From Planctomycetota bacterium (GTDB lineage: Bacteria > Planctomycetota > UBA8108 > SXIK01): DNA of 64,000 bases. Numbering within the stretch: the stretch's first letter is position 1; the number at the start of each line of letters is the position of its first letter. This document shows positions 56,171-64,000 of this stretch, piece by piece. The notes under the pieces are model-generated. The model was not told the DNA's origin. It searched no databases and saw only the letters and a program-made list of their open reading frames with translations. The DNA is taken from assembly GCA_965223265.1 (NCBI GenBank), contig OZ244999.1, forward strand, positions 8,480,001-8,544,000. The letters are read 5' to 3'. The position numbers were made by a program, and so were the translations under genes.

Positions 56171-56800
56171 CTATTTCCGGGTGCGTCGACGACGCCGCGC
56201 CAGCGCGAGGGCTCCGGCGCCAAGTCCAAGCAGCGCAACGGTGCCCGGCTCCGGCACAGAACCGATGCCTCCACCGCCACCGCCGGCGTAAACACCCAAG
56301 CCGTAGATCATGAACTCATCACCGTAGCTCGGCGCGGTGATTTTGACCATGCTGGTCGGCTCGATGTCGACCGTCGCCAACCAAGTCCCGTCCTCATGGT
56401 AGGTTGGGACTTTTGCGCTGTGCAGCTCACCGTTCACTTCGATCTGAAAATCATCGTTCCAGTCCCCGAAAGTGAACGTGATGCTCTTGATTTCCACGAC
56501 TTCGGAGAAGCTGAACTCGACGGTCTCAGCGCCGCTCCAGCCGTCGGTCAGCATGCCACCGATGCCCAGTCCGCCGAACGACTGGACCACGTTGGCCGCG
56601 GCCCCATTCTCCCAGCCACTGACAGTGACCGCCAGGCCACCCGGCTGGGAAGAGAATCTAGCTTCGTGACCTAGATTGTTGACGTCCCAAAAGTGGGGCG
56701 AGGCGAAATTGAAGTGAAACTCATCTGCCTGAAGGCTTTGCATGCCAAAAAGGCAGACTCCGACAAAGAAGCCCGGTACGGCTTTTCGCAAAAAACTCAT
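56171..56800 (-). CDS. PEP-CTERM sorting domain protein
   Basis: Signal peptide MSFLRK..LQA; C-terminus VPEPGTVALLGLGAGALALARRRRRTRK. Confidence 0.92.
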   Translation of the reverse strand: MSFLRKAVPGFFVGVCLFGMQSLQADEFHFNFASPHFWDVNNLGHEARFSSQPGGLAVTVSGWENGAAANVVQSFGGLGIGGMLTDGWSGAETVEFSFSEVVEIKSITFTFGDWNDDFQIEVNGELHSAKVPTYHEDGTWLATVDIEPTSMVKITAPSYGDEFMIYGLGVYAGGGGGGIGSVPEPGTVALLGLGAGALALARRRRRTRK

Positions 56801-56873
56801 CCTTACGCGCCTTTCGTTCCTCGTGAGGTGTAAACGTTGACGAGCTTTAATTTTGCGGGGCCGAAAAGCCAGT

Positions 56874-56889
56874 TGCAACAAAAATGCCG
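56874..56889 (-). promoter_or_regulatory. Sigma-54 (-24/-12) promoter
   Basis: CGGCAT-TTTTG-TTGCA, exact GG-N10-GC spacing, ~75 nt upstream of the PEP-CTERM start. Confidence 0.65.
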
Positions 56890-57108
56890 AGTCAATACGG
56901 TACTGTTTCACAGAGACGTTCCTCGATGTAGTCCGGATCGTGTTCCCGTTTCCCTCTTCACAGAACTTTCCACTTCCCTAACAGTGTGTTGGAAAGCACA
57001 CCAAAATATCCCAAGCAAACTTTATGCCGCGGCTGCGTTTCGCCCTCAAGCGGTTAGGTAGCCGTGAGTTATGCGGTGGGGCTTGGTTATCGTCTCTCTT
57101 TAGGTTTG

Positions 57109-57205
57109 TGTAAGCCGACCTTACGGAGTTCTGCCAGATAGGCCTGCCTGTCTCTATAACTGACTTTAAACCAGAAGGTTACGGAGTATGTTAGGACTCT
57201 TTACA
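57109..57205. promoter_or_regulatory. Two putative enhancer (bEBP) boxes
   Basis: TGTAAGCCGACCTTACG (57109-57125) and TGTTAGGACTCTTTACA (57189-57205), TGT-N11-AC(A/G). Confidence 0.5.
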
Positions 57206-57314
57206 CGTCGTTCACGTCCACCGAACGTTGAGCCACTCTTTTTCGCGTCAGGACCTGGAGAACCTCGGGCTGCGTGATGTAGAGTCCTCTCGATCTTGGA
57301 CTCGAGGTGCACTC

Positions 57315-58742
57315 ATGAGACGTTCGCGCGGTTTGCTTGTTTGTCTTGTCGGAGTCCATTGCGGCCTCCTGCTTTTTGGCTGTCGCTCTCGACCAACCGT
57401 TCCGGACCTCGGCGAAATCTACAACCGAGCCGCCCAATACCACGGGGAAGGACGCAATCCGGTCATCGTGATCCCCGGCATTTTGGGGTCGCGGCTCGTC
57501 AAGGGCGACGACGGCTCGGCGGTCTGGGGTCTCTTCGGCGGAGACTACGCGGATCCGTCGACCGCCGACGGAGCCGGGTTGATCGCGGTGCCGATGCGCG
57601 AGGGCGCGGCGCTGCACGAGCTTACCGACGACGTTGTTCCCGATGGCGTTCTCGACAGCCTCGAGGTGAACGTGTTTGGACTGCCGATCGAGTTCCAAGC
57701 GTACATGCAGATTCTGGGTACGCTCGGCGTCGGCGGCTACCGCGATGAGCAGTTTGGCCTGGCGGGTGCGATCGACTATGGCGATGACCACTTCACGTGC
57801 TTTCAGTTCGGCTACGATTGGCGCCGCGACAATGCGGAGAACGCCAAGCGTTTGCATGAGTTCATTCTCGAGAAACGTGCCTACATCGCCGCGGAGCTGC
57901 GCAAGCGCGGCCTGCCACCGCGGGAGATCAAGTTCGACCTCATCGCGCATTCGATGGGGGGGCTGATCTCGCGCTACTATCTGCGCTACGGCGCTGCGGA
58001 CCTGCCCACCGACGGCTCGACGCCGGAAGTGACGTGGGCGGGAGCGGAGAACGTGGAGCGAGCCATTCTTGTTGGCACCCCGAACGCCGGATCGATCTAC
58101 GCGTTCGACCAGCTCGTGCACGGAATTTCATTCTCTCGACTTTTCCCGAAGTACTCCGCCGCCCTTCTTGGCACCATGCCCTCGATCTACCAGCTCATGC
58201 CACGACCACGCCATGGCGCGTTCGTCCAGCGCGAGACTGGGCAGGCCATAGAAGACATCTTCGACGCCTCCACATGGCAGCAGATGAAGTGGGGCTTGGC
58301 CTCGTTTCGCCAGGACGAAACGTTGGAGCTTTTGCTTCCAGATGTTCCTGACGCGGCAGCCCGGCGCCGTATCGCGCTAGATCACCAGCGCAAGTGTCTC
58401 GATCGAGCTCGTCGATTTGCCGCCGCCCTCGACCTCCCTGCGGCGCCGCCGGACGGACTCAGACTTTATCTTATCGCAGGCGACTCCATGATGACGGGTG
58501 CCGTGGCGGCGATCAGTCGACACGGAGCCGTGGAGATCGTCGAGACCGCCCCCGGTGATGGGACAGTGCTGCGCTCCAGTGCGCTCATGGACGAACGCGT
58601 CGGTTCTGAGTGGAGCCCGCACGTTCGCTCGCCTGTGGACTGGCGCCAAGCGACGTTTCTTTTCACGGATCACTTAGGTCTGACGAGTGATCCTGCCTTC
58701 ACGGACAACGTTCTCTACATCCTTCTGGAAGACCCGCGGTAA
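57315..58742 (+). CDS. LCAT-like lipase/acyltransferase lipoprotein (alpha/beta hydrolase)
   Basis: LLFG|C lipobox, VIPGILGSRL, YDWRRD, nucleophile elbow AHSMGG, GTPNAGS, GDGTV, DH. Confidence 0.88.
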   Translation: MRRSRGLLVCLVGVHCGLLLFGCRSRPTVPDLGEIYNRAAQYHGEGRNPVIVIPGILGSRLVKGDDGSAVWGLFGGDYADPSTADGAGLIAVPMREGAALHELTDDVVPDGVLDSLEVNVFGLPIEFQAYMQILGTLGVGGYRDEQFGLAGAIDYGDDHFTCFQFGYDWRRDNAENAKRLHEFILEKRAYIAAELRKRGLPPREIKFDLIAHSMGGLISRYYLRYGAADLPTDGSTPEVTWAGAENVERAILVGTPNAGSIYAFDQLVHGISFSRLFPKYSAALLGTMPSIYQLMPRPRHGAFVQRETGQAIEDIFDASTWQQMKWGLASFRQDETLELLLPDVPDAAARRRIALDHQRKCLDRARRFAAALDLPAAPPDGLRLYLIAGDSMMTGAVAAISRHGAVEIVETAPGDGTVLRSSALMDERVGSEWSPHVRSPVDWRQATFLFTDHLGLTSDPAFTDNVLYILLEDPR

Positions 58743-58843
58743 CGCGGATCGGCGGCGTTTGATTTCGTTCGCCCGGCCTGGCTTGGCCAGCTGAGCAACA
58801 CCCGAAGTCGCAAACGACTTCGACAGTTGACTGCGAGGATCAA

Positions 58844-59551
58844 ATGACGGACCGACTCAAGAATCTCACGTATCCCGTGGTCCAGATCTCTCTCGACCTG
58901 ACGTCCATTGACGAGGCGCTCGACACCGCGTCGATGGCTGTCGAAGCGGGAGTTGATTGGCTTGAGGTGGGCACCCCCCTCATCTTGGCAGAGGGACTGC
59001 ATGCCGTGCGTCAACTGCGCGATCGTTTCCCCTCGCATCCAGTCGTGGCGGATCTGAAGACGATGGATGGGGGCTATCTTGAGGCTGAAATGATGGCGAA
59101 GGCGGGCGCAGACCTCGTCGTTGTGATGGGACGAGCCCACGAAGCGACGATCAGAGCCGTGGTCGAGGCTTGTTGCGACTACGGAATCAAGTGCATGGGC
59201 GACGACCTTGGCGCCGAAGACAAACCTGCCAACGCACGATGGATGCAAGATCTCGGTGTTGATTTTATCATTCATCATGTTGGCTATGACGAGCGGCGTT
59301 TAATCCCTGACGTTCATCCCCTCAACGAGCTCGAGTCGGTCGTCAAGGCCGTCGATATTCCCGTCCAAGCCGTCGGTGGACTCACGATCCGCCAGGCGAT
59401 CGAGTGTCCTCGCCACGGTGCACCCCTCGTCGTTCTCGGCGCGCCGCTGGTGATCGATGCCGACGAGTTCAAGACCTCGACGAATGATCTCCGCTCAGTC
59501 CTGACGAAGATCGTTACAGAAATTCGTACCACACCCTATGTTCGCCCTTGA
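58844..59551 (+). CDS. OMP decarboxylase/HUMPS family protein (3-hexulose-6-phosphate synthase-like)
   Basis: VQISLD, LEVGTPL, ADLKTMDGG, HHVGYD, AVGGL. Confidence 0.85.
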   Translation: MTDRLKNLTYPVVQISLDLTSIDEALDTASMAVEAGVDWLEVGTPLILAEGLHAVRQLRDRFPSHPVVADLKTMDGGYLEAEMMAKAGADLVVVMGRAHEATIRAVVEACCDYGIKCMGDDLGAEDKPANARWMQDLGVDFIIHHVGYDERRLIPDVHPLNELESVVKAVDIPVQAVGGLTIRQAIECPRHGAPLVVLGAPLVIDADEFKTSTNDLRSVLTKIVTEIRTTPYVRP

Positions 59552-59629
59552 CGCCGATACACCTCCCCTGACGCGCCGCTTCAATCACCCGGTGCCGATC
59601 GCGCGACTTGGTCGTTTGGAGAGCGACTC

Positions 59630-60676
59630 ATGACCCTTGCGGTTGTTCACTACGCTTTGCAGGAGATGGCGGTCGAGCTGCGCGAGTTCGACCGACCATC
59701 GATCGGTCCGGACGATGTCCTCTTGCGCGTCGGCGCCGTGAGTGTTTGCGGCTCGGACGTGCACCAGGCGCACAACACGCACACCTGGGCGGTCAATCTT
59801 CCCGTTGTGCTTGGGCACGAATTCGCCGGCACCGTCGCCGAGATCGGCGACAGGGTCGACGGTTTCGCTATCGGTGACCGCGTCGTCTCCGAGACGGCCG
59901 CTGAAATCTGCGGGCGCTGCGTTCTGTGTCGCCAGGGACGCTACAACTTGTGTCCCGAGCGTAAGGGGTTTGGCTACGGCACCCACGGCGCGATGACCAG
60001 CTATGTACGGGTGCCCGCGCGTTGTCTGCACCATATTCCGGACTCGCTACCGTTTGAGCACGCGGCGCTGACCGAACCGTGCTGCGTCGCCTACCACGCG
60101 ACCTGCTTGAACGCCACGATTCGACCTGGCGATACGGTCGTTGTTCTTGGTCCCGGTCCGATCGGTCTTTTGTGTGCGCGGATGGCGGTACTCGCGGGGG
60201 CGTGTCCCGTCATCGCGATCGGCCTGACTCGCGACCAACCGCGCCTGGAAACCGCGCAGCGGCACCTCGGTGCAACGCACGGCGTCGACGCGCAGCGCGA
60301 AGATCCGCTCGAACTCGTCCGGTCTCTCGGCGACGGCTTTGGAGCGGACGTTGTGATCGATGCAGCGGGTTCCTCGGCGACGGTGCGGCTGGCTCAGAGC
60401 CTTGTGCGTCCGGACGGCGTGATTAGCAAAGTCGGCTGGGGGCCCGAGCCGCTTGATTGCACACTCGATCCGATCGTGCTGAAGAACGTCACGCTGCAGG
60501 GAAGTTTCAGCCATACCTATGCCATGTGGGAGAAGGTGCTGCACCTGCTAGCGGCCGGGAAGATCCCCGTTGAGCGGATCGTCGGTTGCCAGTTGCCGCT
60601 CACGGAGTGGCGCCAGGCATTCGACGCGATGCACGCGGGAGAGCTGATCAAGGGTGTTCTGATTCCGCAGGAGTAA
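59630..60676 (+). CDS. Zinc-binding (MDR) dehydrogenase, sorbitol/threonine DH-like
   Basis: VCGSDVH, GHE, structural Zn site CGRCVLC..C, GPGPIG. Confidence 0.92.
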   Translation: MTLAVVHYALQEMAVELREFDRPSIGPDDVLLRVGAVSVCGSDVHQAHNTHTWAVNLPVVLGHEFAGTVAEIGDRVDGFAIGDRVVSETAAEICGRCVLCRQGRYNLCPERKGFGYGTHGAMTSYVRVPARCLHHIPDSLPFEHAALTEPCCVAYHATCLNATIRPGDTVVVLGPGPIGLLCARMAVLAGACPVIAIGLTRDQPRLETAQRHLGATHGVDAQREDPLELVRSLGDGFGADVVIDAAGSSATVRLAQSLVRPDGVISKVGWGPEPLDCTLDPIVLKNVTLQGSFSHTYAMWEKVLHLLAAGKIPVERIVGCQLPLTEWRQAFDAMHAGELIKGVLIPQE

Positions 60677-60727
60677 GGCCTCTGTTTTCGTTCGGCTGGT
60701 CCTGGTGGATTGATTCGAAAGGCGGTC

Positions 60728-61627
60728 ATGAAGCGTCCACGCATCTCTGCGTTTCCTAAGTGTTATCTCGACGATTTAGTCGCGGGCCGCATGTCGCTCT
60801 TCGACTGGATTGACATGTCGGAGAGTTTGGGTGCCGAGGGGCTTGAGATGTATGACGCCTGGCTGCCGTCCGAACCAGCAGGGCTCGATCGCGTCGCACG
60901 CGCCATCGAGGCGACCGGACAGGAATGCCCGATGATGTGTTTTTCTCCTGACTTCACACACCCCGATCCGGTCTATCGACGCGAACAGCTCGAACGTCAG
61001 AAACAAGCGATCGATATGACCGTGGCACTCGGTGGAACATTCTGTCGTGTCCTCTCAGGGCAGCGTCGCCCTGACGTCTCGCGGGCCGACGGCATTCGCT
61101 GGGTCGTCGAATCCATCAACGCGGCGCTCGAATACGCTGCCGAGCGTGGCGTCATCCTGGCGATGGAAAATCATTTCAAGGACGGAGCGTGGAACTACCC
61201 TGAGTTCGCGCAGAGATCGGACTGCTTCTTCGAGGTGATCGGACAGATCGATTCGCCACTCTTCGGCGTGCAGTACGATCCGTCGAATACGGTCGTCGCA
61301 GGCGAGGATCCAGTTTGGTTTCTCGAGCAGGTCAAAGATCGAGTCGTGACCATGCACGCTTCTGATCGCTACCTCAGCCCGGGCTCTTCCATCGAAGACA
61401 TGCGGCAAAACGACGGCACCCTCGGTTACCCGGAGCACCTACAGCACGGCGTGACGGGTCAAGGGTTCAACGACTACGATGCGATCTTTACGATTCTTCG
61501 CTCGGTAGACTTTTGCGGCTGGATTTCGATCGAGGACGGCATGAACGGCATGGACGAGATGCGTGCGTCCGTCGACTTCCTCAAGGCCAAGATTGACGAG
61601 TTCTACGGAACTGCCGCAACTGAGTGA
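60728..61627 (+). CDS. Sugar-phosphate isomerase/epimerase (xylose-isomerase-like TIM barrel)
   Basis: MENH, YDPSN, MHASDR, ISIED. Confidence 0.88.
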   Translation: MKRPRISAFPKCYLDDLVAGRMSLFDWIDMSESLGAEGLEMYDAWLPSEPAGLDRVARAIEATGQECPMMCFSPDFTHPDPVYRREQLERQKQAIDMTVALGGTFCRVLSGQRRPDVSRADGIRWVVESINAALEYAAERGVILAMENHFKDGAWNYPEFAQRSDCFFEVIGQIDSPLFGVQYDPSNTVVAGEDPVWFLEQVKDRVVTMHASDRYLSPGSSIEDMRQNDGTLGYPEHLQHGVTGQGFNDYDAIFTILRSVDFCGWISIEDGMNGMDEMRASVDFLKAKIDEFYGTAATE

Positions 61628-61689
61628 ACGCGTACTCGAACGCAGCACTCCCGCCAAGCGCCGGCTCCCCTTCTCGCGCTCCTGCTGTC

Positions 61690-62703
61690 TCACCTCTCGG
61701 GCAGTCGCTCGACGAGTTGGCGGAGAAGGTCGCGCCGCAAACGGGCCAGTGCGACTTTTCGGCTTGGCTCGGTCGCGGCCTCAATGCGGGCGTTCAACTC
61801 GTAGACCTGAAGAAGCGATTCCGCGCCGCGGCGTCCGGCGATCAGCGGCGCGAGTCGACTTAACTCGCCGGCAGCTTCAGCTCGCTCTTTGGAATCCGCA
61901 TCTGACGAGTGTGCTATCCGCAGGGCATTACCGAACCTCGTCTGCGTTTCGCGGCTGGCGGTGGCAATCAGCCGCTCGAGCAGGGTCTCGACCTGCGACT
62001 GCTCCCAGCGAAATACGGCTTCGTTCGGATGCGTTTCAAACCAGCCAGTGTCATTGGCATGCCAGAAGAGCGGTACCCATGTGAACACCGGTCGCTCGTC
62101 TTCGAACACGGGTTGGTCGTTTTCCACCTTGTGCCGCCGCACCCACGCCGAAGCGTAATCACCGCCGTCTGCGGGAAGCTCGGCGGCGAATTCCATCGAT
62201 CCATCAATGCGCTTGAGTCGATAGCGTTTGTCGACGGGTCCGGTCGCCAGCTCCAGTTCGACGAACTTCCACGACTCCAGCTCGTTTGTTTCGAGTTCTT
62301 CCATTCGAGTCGCGAAGCTGTCCTTGAGTGACGGTTCCGTGAGGTGGGTGTCTAGAATCGACGCTAAGCCGGATTTCGGCGACGCATCTACGTTCGCTGT
62401 GACGTTCGCGTCGGCGCCGTCGCGTCGGGAAGAGCGGTTCGCGCTTGGGGCGGTCGGGCTCCATGTCCGGTCGCGTTCGCGCACTGTCGAGATCTGCCGC
62501 AGAGGGAATGTCATGACGCCGATCTTGCCGCGCAGCGTCAGTTCCCGGTCGGTGACGCGGATGATTTTTCCTTCGAAGACGTTCCCATCCTTCAGCGTGA
62601 CACGATCTGCGAGGAGACCTCCTCCGGAGCTGAGGCCGAGGACGAGGATGAGCCAGGATCCCAGCCAAATCCGTCGGCGTCGCGCTTCATCGATCGTCGC
62701 CAT
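61690..62703 (-). CDS. Secreted hypothetical protein
   Basis: RRRRIW plus hydrophobic signal, then ADRVTLKDGNVFEGKII beta-rich motif common in planctomycete proteins. Start uncertain. Confidence 0.65.
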   Translation of the reverse strand: MATIDEARRRRIWLGSWLILVLGLSSGGGLLADRVTLKDGNVFEGKIIRVTDRELTLRGKIGVMTFPLRQISTVRERDRTWSPTAPSANRSSRRDGADANVTANVDASPKSGLASILDTHLTEPSLKDSFATRMEELETNELESWKFVELELATGPVDKRYRLKRIDGSMEFAAELPADGGDYASAWVRRHKVENDQPVFEDERPVFTWVPLFWHANDTGWFETHPNEAVFRWEQSQVETLLERLIATASRETQTRFGNALRIAHSSDADSKERAEAAGELSRLAPLIAGRRGAESLLQVYELNARIEAATEPSRKVALARLRRDLLRQLVERLPER

Positions 62704-63114
62704 CGGGGTACCCAGCCGTCGTGTGAGCATGAGTCCTGTCCTTCGTCGGTCGGGATAAGGAGAGTCGGTGGGAGTCTGGAGAAGAGTAGCATCGAGTCTT
62801 ACGACCGCCGAATCGCGCCGGGTTATCAGCTGGTCGGGCGGGAGTCCCGTCACATCGGCCGGGTTGCCCGGCGTCCGATTACGCGATCGGGAGACGGGTC
62901 GAGACTGATCGCCGAACCGAGTTTTTCTGCTCGCGATTTTTGGAAGTTTGGGTCCTGAGGGGGAAATCGTTCGATGTGATCGGCCCGTCCGGAGATTGGT
63001 GAACAATCCGGCGATTTGAGTGAATCGGAACGGCCGTGGCGGCGTTCAATTCACGTTGTCACTCCACTTCGTTGGTACAATCGGGCATGCCGCGAAGATC
63101 TTGGGAGCCTCTGA

Positions 63115-64000
63115 ATGTTTCGCAACGCTTCTGGTTTCGCTTGTGTCCTTCTTGTGCTTCTTCTGGCTACGCTCGCGTGGGTGCTGCACCTAGCCGAGAG
63201 TGCCCCAGAGCACGGCACAGGACGCGTCAAGACACCTGTGGCTGACAAAGTCGCGCGGCGCGGTCATGCGAGCTCAGACGACTTGACAGCCGACGGCTTC
63301 GCGCCCGGTGGCGACCAGCGTTTTCCTTCCGACGCGGGTTTTGAGAGTGCCCCTCCCGCGGCTGTCGAGGCCTCGCCTGATGCTGCTGGCGGTGACCTGA
63401 TCGCCATGGCGTCTGCCGACCTGCCGGCGGAACGGGCGCAAGCCGACGACGCGGTGGTCCGCATCTACGACGCTGCCAGCGGCGCGGCTGTGACCGGTGC
63501 CGCGGCGCGCATGTCCGCCTACCACGGTAGCGTCGACCCAGCCTTCGCGGCGCACCCGCGGCTCGAGTTCGACTCGGGTGTCGTCGCAAGTGATGGGTCA
63601 CTCGCCGTCCCTGCCTTTCGGCCGAACGATCCCAATCTTCTTGTCCACGTGCAGATCGACCATCCCGACTACGCCGCGGCAACCGTCGTGCTCCATCGAC
63701 GCCCAGACGATGCTGCGCGCTGGCAACCTCGTGACGTCTATCTTCGACGCGCCTCGACCGCTCGCGTCCGCTTGGTGACGATCGAAGGCGAGCCGCTTGT
63801 GGAGGCTCCCGTGCGGGTCACCACCGTGCGTGGATCGTCAGACCTTCGCGACTCTGGAGAGGTGTGGATCGCGCCGCGCTCACGCGGGCAGCTCGTCGCC
63901 GCGAACGAATCGACCGTCTTCTATACGGACGCTGCGGGTGATCTGAGACTTCCGTACGTAACAGGCTTTTGCCTTCTTGAGCTGCTCGCCCCGGTTTACG
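63115..64000 (+). CDS. Membrane-anchored protein with carboxypeptidase-regulatory-like Ig repeats, partial, runs off the right edge
   Basis: Not in the ORF track. MFRNASGFACVLLVLLLATLAWVL TM segment, then VVRIYDAASGAAVTGA and later YTDAAG. Confidence 0.6.
   Translation, partial: MFRNASGFACVLLVLLLATLAWVLHLAESAPEHGTGRVKTPVADKVARRGHASSDDLTADGFAPGGDQRFPSDAGFESAPPAAVEASPDAAGGDLIAMASADLPAERAQADDAVVRIYDAASGAAVTGAAARMSAYHGSVDPAFAAHPRLEFDSGVVASDGSLAVPAFRPNDPNLLVHVQIDHPDYAAATVVLHRRPDDAARWQPRDVYLRRASTARVRLVTIEGEPLVEAPVRVTTVRGSSDLRDSGEVWIAPRSRGQLVAANESTVFYTDAAGDLRLPYVTGFCLLELLAPVY

Overview
GC-rich bacterial chromosome window, most likely Planctomycetota: it has Cys-containing FRRGD/FVRGD-type dockerin C-termini, a PEP-CTERM protein, a sulfatase, a PQQ beta-propeller and an ffh-rpsP-trmD-rplS block without rimM. 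About 40 CDS. Housekeeping genes: ffh, rpsP, trmD, rplS, yraN, rnc, mfd and a SurA/PpiC-type isomerase. Carbon and osmotic functions: a sucrose-phosphate synthase missed by the ORF track, E1alpha/E1beta, a stand-alone lipoyl-PSBD protein, two SDRs, an Fe-ADH, a HUMPS/Zn-ADH/TIM-isomerase trio, an aquaporin, NhaC and an MFS transporter. Several large surface proteins are also present. Most notable: (1) a secreted 1815-aa protein with 14 FG-GAP repeats, a phospho-His domain followed by a PEP-synthase-type ATP-grasp domain (the order seen in glucan, water dikinases) and a dockerin, near a CotH-like/LTD/dockerin protein, suggesting an extracellular phosphotransfer system; (2) a ~1430-aa protein with a clear S1-S4 voltage-sensor-like domain but no recognisable pore; (3) an AhpD-like selenoprotein (C-H-Y-UGA plus a bSECIS-like hairpin) that the ORF track splits in two; (4) a MITE-like repeat family, one copy of which supplies a gene's stop codon; (5) a sigma-54 promoter with TGT-N11-ACA-like boxes upstream of the PEP-CTERM gene. 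No rRNA, tRNA, CRISPR array or transposase was seen. All calls come from motif recognition by eye; no database searches were run.
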